A stretch of DNA of 64,000 nucleotides, from contig CAXXXF010000015.1 of the NCBI GenBank assembly GCA_963667175.2, positions 544,001-608,000 of the forward strand, read 5' to 3'. This document shows, piece by piece, positions 50,957 to 61,725 of the stretch. This DNA is from Candidatus Latescibacterota bacterium (GTDB lineage Bacteria > Latescibacterota > UBA2968 > GCA-2709665). Within the stretch, counting starts at the first letter, position 1. Every line of letters begins with the position of its first letter. The position numbers were made by a program, and so were the translations under genes. The notes under the pieces were generated by a model. The model did not search any database. It was not told the DNA's origin and saw nothing but the letters and a program-made list of their open reading frames with translations.

Positions 50957-52330
50957 TCAGACGCGCACCCAATACAGCTGGTTGTCGATGGTCTCGCCCT
51001 CGTCCGCGTATCGGGATTCGCCCAGCGTGTAGATGAATGACGGACGGACGCCTGCCGGGATCGGGTTGGCGCCGTTCGGGCGTTCCAGGGAAGACATAAC
51101 CTGACCCTGTTCAGGGTCGAATGCGAGCACCTCGCGCGGCGTGAACGTCTCCCCGTAATCGGACGATTCGAGCCACACGATGCGTGAGAGTTCGTCATGC
51201 TCGCGCAGCCAGAAGGTTGGCAGTCCATAGACGCCGGGGGCCCAGTTCGCGTCTGGATGCCCCAGGGCAACGAGCTGGGCGAGAACGCAAAGGACGTCAT
51301 CGGACGTCATTACCGGCTTGAACGCGAGTATCCCCCAACCGGGCCATTGCGACGCCACGGCCTCACTCAACGGCAGTTCACGCCACCTCCCGGCGTCGGG
51401 CGTCTTCAAGAAGGCACGACAGGGCGTGGGTGTGTGGCGCACGTAGCCGACGTAGGGTCGGTCCTTCGAATCGACGGCCAGGCCGCAGTGGTCAATGCCT
51501 GGCTTGGGGTTGTTGCTCTCACCCTCCTCCAGCAGGTCGAGCGTGTCGGACGTCGCCGGACGCGGAACCGGCGTCCCGTCGTCCTTCTGCCAGGTACGGC
51601 CGAAGTCGAACGAGCGCATGTAGCCCACGGCCTGGTACAGACCGGATACGTCGCGTGAGTGCTCCCCCGCATTCGGCGTGCGACCCAGGAAAAAGGCCGT
51701 GCTCATGTGCATTGTCTGCCGATCCGGGCCCCAGGCCACGTCGTTGTTCATGCCGGTGTACCCGGTGAAACGCGGCTGCCGGGTCGCGATCAGGCCGCGG
51801 CTCTGCCACGGACCGTCAGAACGCCTTACCCACGTCTCCATGCCCTTGTGGCTGCCGTCGCGGACCATGAGGTGAAGCGTGTCGTCGGGGCCGCACAGGA
51901 GCACGGGATAGGTGTTTCGGCCAAAGGCCTCGACGGGGGTCCAGGCCGACGCATCGTGCGGCCGCAGCGATCGCTGGTACTGCAGCGGCGAGTTGTGTCC
52001 GCCCATGACCATATGCAGGTAGCCCTGGCTGTCAACCGCAAGGGTGGGACGGGAATGCTCGTCGACGCCCTCGGCCAGAACGGCGCCGGCGGTCCACCTG
52101 CCCGTTTCATGATCGAGCGTGCGCACCCGGGCGAAGTACCTCTGGTCGTTCGAGTCCTGCCACGCAATGTGGGTCCTGCCGCGGCAGGTAACGATCTTGT
52201 TCCCCGGGCCCTGGCTTGCGCGCTCGCCGGCGATCACGGACAGCAAGGCGTCGCCGCGGTTGCGATCTGCCGCGGCGAACGGGTCGCCCACGTCGCAGGT
52301 CCTGATACGTTCGAGCAACTCAGTCGCCAT
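50957..52330 (-). CDS. BNR-repeat (sialidase-like beta-propeller) protein
   Basis: DEHSRPTLAVDSQGYLHM..GGHN; Asp-boxes SFDFGRTW and SSDYGETF. Confidence 0.75.
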   Translation of the reverse strand: MATELLERIRTCDVGDPFAAADRNRGDALLSVIAGERASQGPGNKIVTCRGRTHIAWQDSNDQRYFARVRTLDHETGRWTAGAVLAEGVDEHSRPTLAVDSQGYLHMVMGGHNSPLQYQRSLRPHDASAWTPVEAFGRNTYPVLLCGPDDTLHLMVRDGSHKGMETWVRRSDGPWQSRGLIATRQPRFTGYTGMNNDVAWGPDRQTMHMSTAFFLGRTPNAGEHSRDVSGLYQAVGYMRSFDFGRTWQKDDGTPVPRPATSDTLDLLEEGESNNPKPGIDHCGLAVDSKDRPYVGYVRHTPTPCRAFLKTPDAGRWRELPLSEAVASQWPGWGILAFKPVMTSDDVLCVLAQLVALGHPDANWAPGVYGLPTFWLREHDELSRIVWLESSDYGETFTPREVLAFDPEQGQVMSSLERPNGANPIPAGVRPSFIYTLGESRYADEGETIDNQLYWVRV

Positions 52331-52489
52331 TGATCTCCTCCTTCGTCATTCATCGAGCGCCGGATGCCGTTTATGCGGCAAGCGCCCGGGATATCCCGGG
52401 CGCAAAAGAAAAGACTTGATAACTGAATGTAAGTCCATTCGCTATGGAAACTCAAGAAGGAGTCGCTGTCGCTTTGTGCGCGGGATTTC

Positions 52490-53221
52490 GAGCCTGCCGA
52501 CTTTGCACAGAATGACAACTTGGGCGATGAACATCCGCGAATCCCATCCGTTTCCCCTCGCCCAGCATGTCATCCTGAGGAGGCCGTCCTGCCTGGCTGC
52601 GTTTCATCGGCAGGCAGGCCGACGAAGGATCTACTGCGGCATCGCTTGATGCCCGAGCGTGTTCTGTCATTCGCGGGGAGCAGGATGGCGGCACGTCCGT
52701 CGCGGAAGGCCGGGCGCCTGCCTGCCGCGGGAAGCGAAGCGGCGCAGGCAGGCGGCAGGCAGGCGGACATTCCTGTCTGCCCACGTCAATGTCGTTCCTG
52801 TCGGGATCGACACAGATCGAGGATTCCGCCAGGCAACAAAGCCTCCGCGCAGATGGGCCGGTGAACGGGTCCGCTGCTCGTCAAGCCGAGGTGACGGGAG
52901 ATTCTTCGCTGCGCTCAGAATGACATCCTGGGCGATGAACATCCGCGAAACACATCCGTTACACCCTCGCCCAACATGTCATCCTGAGGAGGCCGGTATG
53001 CCTGCCAGAGAATCATCGGCAGGCAGGCTGACGAAGGATCTACTGCAGCATAGGTACACACCAGTGTGATTTGTACGTGTCAATACCTGTCAGGCGGCAC
53101 GTCCGTCGCGGAAGGCCGGGCGACCACGAGGGACGCCCCTACAAAGGCCATGGTGGAGGCGATGAGAAATCCGCTCTGAGGGTGGGGCCTGCCTGCGCCA
53201 AGCGGAGCGCCTGTCTGCCCT
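52490..53221. repeat. Two tandem ~410-bp composite units
   Basis: GTCATCCTGAGGAGGCC...GACGAAGGATCTACTGC at 52569 and 52978; AGATTCTTCGCTGCGCTCAGAATGAC. Confidence 0.85.
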
Positions 53222-53224
53222 TTA

Positions 53225-55582
53225 TCACTCATACCGCAACGCATCGACAGGATTCGCCCGGGCAGCGCGGGCGACCTGAAGGCTCACGGCCAGGAGTACC
53301 ACGAGAAGCGTGAGCAGGCCTCCCAACAGAAAGGTCCCGATCCCCGGGTCCACGCGATACGCGAAATCCTGCAGCCAGCGCTCCGCCGCTACGTAAGCCA
53401 CAGGCGACGCGATCAGAGTCGCGATGCCGACGAGTATCACATATTCGCGGGTGAGTAGCGAGACGATACGCGACGTTGGCGCGCCCAGGACTTTTCGAAT
53501 CCCGATTTCCTTCGTTCGCCTGGCGACAGTGAGCGACGTCATCCCGAACGCTCCCAGGCAGGCAATGAATACGGCGAAGAACGTCGCGTAGCCGAGAATT
53601 CTTAGCCACCTGTTTTCCGCCCGGTATTGCCGGTCAATTAAGTCATCGATGAAGAGATAATCGAAGTCTTCGTCGGGCGCCATTTCTTTCCAATTCTCTT
53701 CCAGGAAACGAACGGTTCCTGCCCTGTCGTCCGGCCGAATGCGAAGCATCAGCATTTTTGGAGGAGAAGACCTTGGATGACGAAATAGAAGCATCACGGC
53801 AGGTCTTACGGGATGATGCAGTGAATGAAAGTGAAAATTCCGAACCACGCCTACGACTGTTAATCTCCGGCCACGGAGCCCCCCTATCCGTAACGTCTTT
53901 CCAAGAGGCAATTGCCATCCCAATCTCTCAACCAGAGCCTCGTTTACGAGCACGGACGTTCTTGCATCACCTTCTCTCTCAAAATCCCGCCCTGACTTCA
54001 ACTGTATGTGCAGTGTCTCCAACAAGCCCGGATCACATTGAAAAATCTCGACACCCTTCAGGGTCGTGCCTTTCCAAGCTACATCAATATAGCTCCGAAT
54101 CATGTTGCTGAAAACGTGACCTGTTCCCGTTGTCTTCAACACGGCATGGTATGACCGGGCTATCTCCTGATAGGTCTTGTAACCTGTTTCACCCAATTTA
54201 GGCACATTAAAGACGACCAGAACATGCTCTGGGTTAAATCCCAACGGTTTTGTTGCCATCATATTCAGTTGTCGGGCGACTAAGGTCGTACATGCAACCA
54301 ATAATATCGAAATGGCAACCTGAAATACCACGAGTACCCGTCTGACGTGGCCCATTCGGTCCAATCTCATCTGCCCTCTAAGCGCATCGACCGGCAGAAA
54401 TCCGGACATAAAGAAAGCCGGATAACCTCCTGAAACGATGCCGACAACCAGCAGAAGAAGAATCAGAAAACCGGGAGCGGCCGAATCCGCCAGATCGGAA
54501 AGTGAAAACTCCCTTTGGGCCAGACCGTTAAACCCTGACATGAATGACTCGGCCAGCGCCAGCCCAAGCGCGAGCGCAATCGACGTCAGCAGGACAGATT
54601 CAATCAAAAACTGCATCGCCAGTTGCGTTCGCAGACCGCCGGCGACCTTGCGCAATCCAATCTCACGTATACGGGAAGATGCCCTGCTCACGGAAAGATT
54701 GGTATAATTGACCGTTGCAACAACCAGCACAAGCATCGCTATTCCTGCCAAGATGTATGTATAGGCGGGATTGCCCGCGGGGCTTATTCCGACGCCCGCG
54801 CAATCGAAGTGAATGTCGCGCAGCGGCTGCAGTTTTAATTCCTTCCAAAATGGGCTCTTGGGCCATGTCGACACAAGATCTTTCAAACGTCTCTCGACTT
54901 CGGATGGACCGATATGGTCGGGCAACAATATGTACGTTGTTAACAATCTGTACTTCCATCTCGGATCATCGGCCGAGAGTTCAAGCCTGGAGAGAAGTCC
55001 GAAGCGAATGCTCGAATTCTTGGGCACTGACTCAATCAGCCCGGAAACCGTTAATTCCCGGACGCTGGCATCCGCGCCATCATCGGTCTTGATTGAAAGC
55101 GTTTCTCCCATCGGGTCTTCATCCGGAAAATACTTCTCGGCTATTTCCCTGGTGATGGCGACACTGTGCGGATCCTTAAGCGCCATTGAAGGATCGCCCT
55201 TCAGGAACGGAAAGGAAAAAACCTCAAAGATGTCGGGATCCACGAAATTGATCCTTTCCTCTATCGTCGTGTCGCGATGCTGAATGAAGCGGTATCGGGT
55301 ATTCATCCTCACGATTCGGACATCAGGAAGCACCTCCGCCAACGCCGTGGCCAGCGCGGAGGGAGCGCCGGACATGCTGGTTCCGTCATCGTCTTCCGCG
55401 TACACCCTGTAGATCCGATCGGCGTTTTCGTGAAACGCATCGTAGGTCCACTCGTGACGCACATAGAGGAACGCGAGCAGACAGAACGCAATCGCGATGC
55501 CCAGACCCACCACGTTGATCGCGGCATACAGCGGGTGCCGCAGCAGATTCCGATACGCGACCTTTAGATAATTCCTGAACAT
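53225..55582 (-). CDS. MacB/FtsX-like ABC permease, copy 5
   Basis: MFRNYLK...ANPVDALRYE. Confidence 0.92.
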   Translation of the reverse strand: MFRNYLKVAYRNLLRHPLYAAINVVGLGIAIAFCLLAFLYVRHEWTYDAFHENADRIYRVYAEDDDGTSMSGAPSALATALAEVLPDVRIVRMNTRYRFIQHRDTTIEERINFVDPDIFEVFSFPFLKGDPSMALKDPHSVAITREIAEKYFPDEDPMGETLSIKTDDGADASVRELTVSGLIESVPKNSSIRFGLLSRLELSADDPRWKYRLLTTYILLPDHIGPSEVERRLKDLVSTWPKSPFWKELKLQPLRDIHFDCAGVGISPAGNPAYTYILAGIAMLVLVVATVNYTNLSVSRASSRIREIGLRKVAGGLRTQLAMQFLIESVLLTSIALALGLALAESFMSGFNGLAQREFSLSDLADSAAPGFLILLLLVVGIVSGGYPAFFMSGFLPVDALRGQMRLDRMGHVRRVLVVFQVAISILLVACTTLVARQLNMMATKPLGFNPEHVLVVFNVPKLGETGYKTYQEIARSYHAVLKTTGTGHVFSNMIRSYIDVAWKGTTLKGVEIFQCDPGLLETLHIQLKSGRDFEREGDARTSVLVNEALVERLGWQLPLGKTLRIGGLRGRRLTVVGVVRNFHFHSLHHPVRPAVMLLFRHPRSSPPKMLMLRIRPDDRAGTVRFLEENWKEMAPDEDFDYLFIDDLIDRQYRAENRWLRILGYATFFAVFIACLGAFGMTSLTVARRTKEIGIRKVLGAPTSRIVSLLTREYVILVGIATLIASPVAYVAAERWLQDFAYRVDPGIGTFLLGGLLTLLVVLLAVSLQVARAARANPVDALRYE

Positions 55583-55659
55583 CGTCGAATTCTCGCGGAT
55601 TGATCCCTTCACATCAACCTGGCGCGGCTCTGCTGTGCCCGGCTGCGACCGAAGCTTTC

Positions 55660-56040
55660 AAGCCAACGAAGCCTCCGGGCATATGGGCCGGTGAAGGCGT
55701 CCGCTGCACGTCAAACCGAGGAGACGGGAGATTCTTCGCTTCGCTCAGAATGACATGTTTTGCACTCGACATCCGCGAAATGTTTCGTTCAGTCCTGTGC
55801 CAAACCTGTCATCCTGAGGAAGCCGCCCTGCCTGCCAGAGAATCATCGGCAGGCAGGCTGACGAAGGATCTACTGCGGCATCGCTTGAACCCCGACCGTC
55901 TTTTGTCATTCGCCGTGGCCTGGCAGGCGGCACGTTTGCGCCCACACTGTCAGGCTGAGGCGGCGCGTGTGTTGATGCGCCCGCCCAAACTGCCATGTTG
56001 ACGAATCCAATGCGAGGGCGGACATTCCTGTCTGCCGACC
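55660..56040. repeat. One composite unit of the ~410-430-bp family
   Basis: Same modules as 52490-53221 and 58570-59950. Confidence 0.85.
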
Positions 56041-56041
56041 A

Positions 56042-58425
56042 TCACTCATACCGCAACGCGTCCACCGGATTCGCGCGGGCTGCTTTGAGCGTCTCATAGC
56101 TCACGGTCAGTAGCGCAATCCACAACGCTAACAAGCCCCCAAGGACAAACGTGGAGATGCCCGGATCAATCCGGTAGGCGAATTTCCCAGCCATCTCGTC
56201 ATCGCAAAGTAGGCGATCGGCCAGGCGACGAGATTGGCAACACCGACAAGCAGGACATATTCTTTTGACAAGAGCAAGACAATACTGGAAACAGATGCCC
56301 CCACCGCCTTCCGGATACCGATCTCCTTGGTACGTTGTTGCACACTTATGGACGCCAGGCCAAACAGACCAAGAGCTGCCACGACAATCGCCAGGACTGA
56401 GAAACTGCCGAATAGCATCCCCAGCCGAGCTTCCGTCCGGTACAGCCGGTCGAATGACGCATCCAGAAACGAGTATTCAAACGGCGTATTCGGTACGACT
56501 TCGCGCCATTCAGTTCTCAGAAAATCCAGCGTATCCCCAATATCCTCCGGTCGTATCCGGATGGAAATGTAGTCTCTTGTCCAACCTCCGCCCGTCATGA
56601 TCACAAGCGGTTCAATCTCATAATGGAGAGACTTGTAATGAAAGTCATTCACAACCCCCACGACGTCTCCCTGGAGTCCCGCTTTCATTTCAGCACCTTC
56701 TCCATAGACGTCCATTCCAATCCTTTTATTCTCACAGGTAGTCCACCCCAGATTCCTCATCGCCGCTTGATTCAGTATAAAGGCTCCCTTGCGATCGCTT
56801 GAAACGTCATCCGAAAATGCCCTTCCCTCCAATACTTCAATTCCAAACGTCTCGATGAACCCGTGATCCACGTACATCACATTCATCAGCACAGCATCTT
56901 TGTAGGCGCCTTCCGTGAAGGGGAAAAACAAATTTCCGGGCATCACTCCGCCTGGTACAGTCGAAGAGGCTGTTACATTCAGTACGGCGCTGTGTGCCGA
57001 CACCTTATTTCGGTAGCGCCGCTCCGGCGCGCCGCCGCCGTTCGGCATGACAACGATATGTTCCTTTCGAAATCCAAGACGCCTGTTTCGAATAAACTCT
57101 GCCTGGTCATAAACCAAACCGGTCCCGATGACCAGAATGACCGATATTGCAAATTGGACGATAATGAGCGTCTTTCGAATGGCAGATTGTTTCGATCCGG
57201 CGTCCATCACCCCTTTGAATACCAGCACCGGTTTAAGCGCAGAGAGAAAAAACGCGGGATAGCTTCCGGAGAACAAGCCAGAAAACAGTGCAATGCCGAT
57301 CAGAGCCAACAGAGTGTTTCGGCTTTTCAGGTAATCAACGACCAGGTCGCGTTCGACAAAGGCTTCAAATGACGGAAGCAGCATCTCCACCATTACACCG
57401 GCGATGACAATGGCAATGGAAGCCAGCAACGTCGATTCGCCCAAAAACTGACCGATCAACTCACCCCGGTTCGCGCCGACCACTTTCCGCATCCCAATCT
57501 CCTTTGAGCGGTACTCCGAGCGGGCGGTCGAAAGGTTCATGAAATTGATACACGCGAGCATTAATACAATAAACGCGATAACCAGAAAGAGATAGACATA
57601 CCGGATATCCCCGTTGGGACTGATTTCAAAATCCAAGTGTGAATGAAGGTGAATATCGGTCAATGGCTGCAGAAAGAGCTTCAATTGAACACCCGCAGCT
57701 TCCATATCTGCTCCGAGGTGCCTGTGGATGAAACCCGGCAACTTCGATTCGACCTCCTCGGCAGCCTGCGTGGCCTGCAAGAGCAGATAGGTATGGAAGT
57801 CTATGCTAAGCCAGCCCTTGCTGATGTCTAGCGATGCGAGAAAGTCGAACTGTAAATGCGATCTGTTTTTTGAGTTCCTCAACACACCCGAAATCTTATG
57901 GGTGTTGCCGCCCAACGAAAGCGTCCGCCCCATCGGATCTTCGTCGCCGAAATATTTCCGAGCCACTGCTTCCGTCAGGACAATGGAATTCGGCTCCTGG
58001 AGTGCGGTTTGAGGATCACCTTTGCTCAGGGGAAAATCGAACACCTGGAAGACGTTTGAATCGACGAACAGGACGCCTCTCTCGTAGAAATGACGCTGCT
58101 GATTTGCAACAAGCGTCTTTTCATCTTTACGGTGAAACCTGACCGCGTCTTCTACTGACGGGTATTCTTGAACGAGAGTTGAACCCATTGGGAATGATGT
58201 AACGGCGAACCGACCGGGCGCACCTTCCGAATGTATCTCTGTGGCGAGCCGGAAAATCCGATCCGCATTCCTGTGGTGCCGGTCATAGCTCAATTCATCT
58301 TGAACGTAAAGGAGTATGAGCAAGCAGCAGGCCATGCCGATTGCAAGACCGAGGATGTTTATCGCCGAAAACGTCTTGTTCCTCATCAGGTTGCGAATGG
58401 CGACTTTCAGGTAGTTTGCGACCAC
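56042..58425 (-). pseudogene. MacB/FtsX-like ABC permease, copy 6, with a 1-nt frameshift near the 3' end
   Basis: Reads ...RWLGN then shifts; the expected FAYRID...ANPVDALRYE* continues in another frame to 56042. Could be a sequencing error. Confidence 0.8.
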
Positions 58426-58439
58426 GTAGGGTCACCTCC

Positions 58440-59950
58440 AGCGTTTCTTTGACGCGGCTTCGCTCAGAACGAATGGGCGCCCGCCCAAACTGTCATGCTA
58501 AGAAATCCGTTGTGAGGGTGGGGCCTGCCTCGACGTCGCTCACAAAAACAGGCCGGCCGATCTCCAAACGTGTCATCCTGAGGAGGCCGCCCTGTCTGCC
58601 AGAGATTCATCGGCAGGCAGGCCGACGAAGGATCTACTGCAGCATCGCTCGATACCCGACCGTCTTTTTTCATTCGCCGCGGGCTGACAGGCGGCACGTT
58701 TGCGCCTACATGGCCAGGCGGCGCAAGCGCGTGTGATGATGCAACCGCCCAGACTGTCATGTTTAGAATCCGTAGTGAAGGCGGGGCGGACATTCCTGTC
58801 TGCCCACGGCAATGGCATTCTGTCGGCATGGACGCAGATTGACGAGGCCGCCAGGCCAACAATGCCTCCGCGCATATGGGCCGGTGAAGGCTTGCGCTGC
58901 ATGTCAACCCGAATAGACGGGAGATTCTTCGCTCCGCTCAGAATGACATGTCTTGCAATAACGCTTGCCGAGACGTCTCCGTCACACCCTCGCCCATCAT
59001 GTCATCCTGAGGAAGCCGTCCTGCCTGCTGGCGGTTCACCGGCAGGCTGGCTGACGAAGGATCTACTGCGGCATCGCTTGATACCCGAGCGTCTTCTGTC
59101 ATTCGCCGTGACGTGGAAGGCGGCACGTCTGCGCCTACACGGCCAGGCGGAGCAAACGCGTGTGATAATGCACCCGCCCAGACTGTCATGTTTAGAATTC
59201 CGATGTGAGGGTGGGGCAGACATTCCTGTCTGCCCAAGTCAATGTCATTCTGTCGGCATGGACGTAGACTGAGGAAACCGCCAATGAAACGAAGCGTCCG
59301 CGCATATGGGCCGGTGAAGGCTTGCGCTGCATGTCAACCCGAATAGACGGGAGATTCTTCGCTGCGCTCAGAATGACATGTCTTGCAATGGATATGAGCG
59401 AAATGTTTCGGTCATACGTTTGCCAGGTCCATCACCCGCTCGGCCTGTGCCCCTCCCTGAGCCTGCGGTTCCTGAGCCGTTCCCTGAGCCTGTCGAAGGG
59501 CCGGCGAAGGGATTGCGAACGGTTTATGGGCTGCCTGAATGCGGGCATTTCGAAAAGCTCAATGACCACTTTTTGATAGGCCACTTCGACAAGCTCAGCG
59601 CTGGCAGAACGGGCAATGACCACGTTTCGACAGGGGCTTTCGGCTCCGCTCAGAATGACTGTTTGACTGACCTCCGACTGCGAGACGTTTCCGTCATACG
59701 TTCGCCCAAGCATGTCATCCTGAGGAAGCCGCCTTGCCTGCCAGCGGTTCATCGGCAGGCTGGCTGACGAAGGATCTACTGCGGCATCGCTTGATACCCG
59801 AGCGTCTTCTGTCATTCGCCGTGACGTGGAAGGCGGCACGTCTGCGCCTGCACGGCCAGGCGGAGCAAACGCGTGTGATAATGCACCCGCCCAAACTATC
59901 ATGCTTAGAAATCCGGTGCGAGGGTGGGGCGGACATTCCTGTCTGCCCGC
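58440..59950. repeat. Tandem array of composite ~429-bp units
   Basis: GTCATCCTGAGG anchors at 58572, 59001 and 59714; the units at 59001 and 59714 are nearly identical over about 230 bp. Confidence 0.88.
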
Positions 59951-61725
59951 TCTTACTCATACCGTAGCGCGTCGACAGGATTCGTGCACGCAGTTCTCCA
60001 AGCGCGATGACTCACAGTGGTCAACGCAATAAAAAACGCCAGAAAACCACCCATGACAAAAGGCCATACATCCAGATCAATGCGATAGGCAAAATTCCGT
60101 AACCACGCGTTCATTGCATAATATGCAACTGGCCATGCAATGAGATTTGCAAGTCCGACAAGCAGGACGAATTCTCTGGACATTAGCAGAACGACTGTGG
60201 AAACAGACGCGCCGAGGACCTTTCTGATGCCGATCTCCTTGACGCGCCGTTGCGCGCTGAATGAAGCCAGGCCAAACAGCCCAAGACTTGCGACAAGTAT
60301 GGCGAGGAGTGAGAACAGACCAAACAGCCTGCCAATCTGTTGTTCTTCACGATGCAGTTTCTCGTAATCATCGTCCAGGAAGAAATAATCGAACGGTGTA
60401 TTCGGCGCAATATCACCCCACTGCGCCTTTAGAAAACTGAGTGTACCAGCGATATCATCCGATCGAATCCTGATAACGAAATACTCAAACCACGTTTCCT
60501 GCGTCGTGATAATCAGAGGTTCGATTTCATGATGCAAAGACTGATAGTGAAAATCCTTCACAACGCCGACAACCTTTCCTCTGTATTCTACCTTTATTTC
60601 GTTGCCCTGTGGCCATATTTTCTCCAAATCCTTACCTACACACGAACTCCAACCGAATTTTCGCATGGCAGCTTCATTGAGGATAAGTTCGCCACGGTCA
60701 TCACGCGGATTTTTTTCCACAAAGCCTCTGCCTTCTACGAGTTCAAGCCCAAGTGTGGAGACGAATTCGTTGTCAACCACCAATTTGTTCATCCCAAAGC
60801 CATCCTCAGATCCGCCATCACGAGGAGATCGAAAAAGACCGGCGGGAAATGGTCGACCAGGCAGACTTGAAGTCGTCGAAGTGCTCAATACATCTGCATA
60901 CTCCGACAATCTCGATTTATATCGCTTTGACGCCTCAATGCCGGGATACGGCAATACTACGACCTGTTCCTTATTGAAACCCAGTTCCTTGTTTCTGATG
61001 TAATCCGACTGATCGTAAACAACAATCGTTCCGACAATTAGAATTACCGAAATGGCAAATTGAAACACGACAAGAGTTTTACGTGAACTGGATTTCTGCA
61101 ACCCAATCTTCACTGTGCTCTTGAAGACCTCTGCTGGCCGAAGAGCTGAGAGAATCAAGGCAGGATAAATCCCGGAGAGTAAGCCTGAAAACATCGCCAT
61201 CCCTATCAGGACAGACAGCACATCCAAACCTCCCGCGTATTCCAATTCCAACTCGCGGGAGATAAGGGCGTTAAACAAAGGAAGCGAGACCTCAACAATT
61301 ACAACAGCCAAGAATGACGAAAACAACGCCAACAAGATCGATTCGCCCATAAACTGGCGGAAAAGCTGTGAGCCGTCGGCGCCTACCACTCTTCGCATAC
61401 TCACTTCTTTTGACCGCGCCGTTGACCGTGCCGTTGACAGATTCGTAAAATTGATGCAAGCCAATACCAACACAATGAAGGCAATGATCAGGAAGAGATA
61501 AACATGGCGAATATCGCCGTTGGGACTCATTTCCCACTCCAAACTGGAATTCAAATGAATGTCAGCCAGGGGTTGCAGGAAGTACTTGATGTGTAAACCT
61601 GCAGCTTTGGCTCGTTTCCCTATGGGGAATGTACCTATCTTAGTTGAAATAGAAGAGGCTCCGATGTAAATTGGATACAGTAGTCCCGAGTAGAATACTG
61701 TATCCTCATACGAAAGGAGCCTGTA

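Noticed and set aside
52490-59950. Possible CRISPR array
   Set aside because: Repeat periods are 400+ bp with conserved intervening DNA rather than unique 30-40 bp spacers, and no cas genes are present.
58341-60032. Many 60-190 aa ORFs in the repeat regions (also 33334-34428 and 52119-53313)
   Set aside because: They are translations of palindromic repeats (recurrent PACR/AGR/ADIPVCP peptides) with no protein-like signal.
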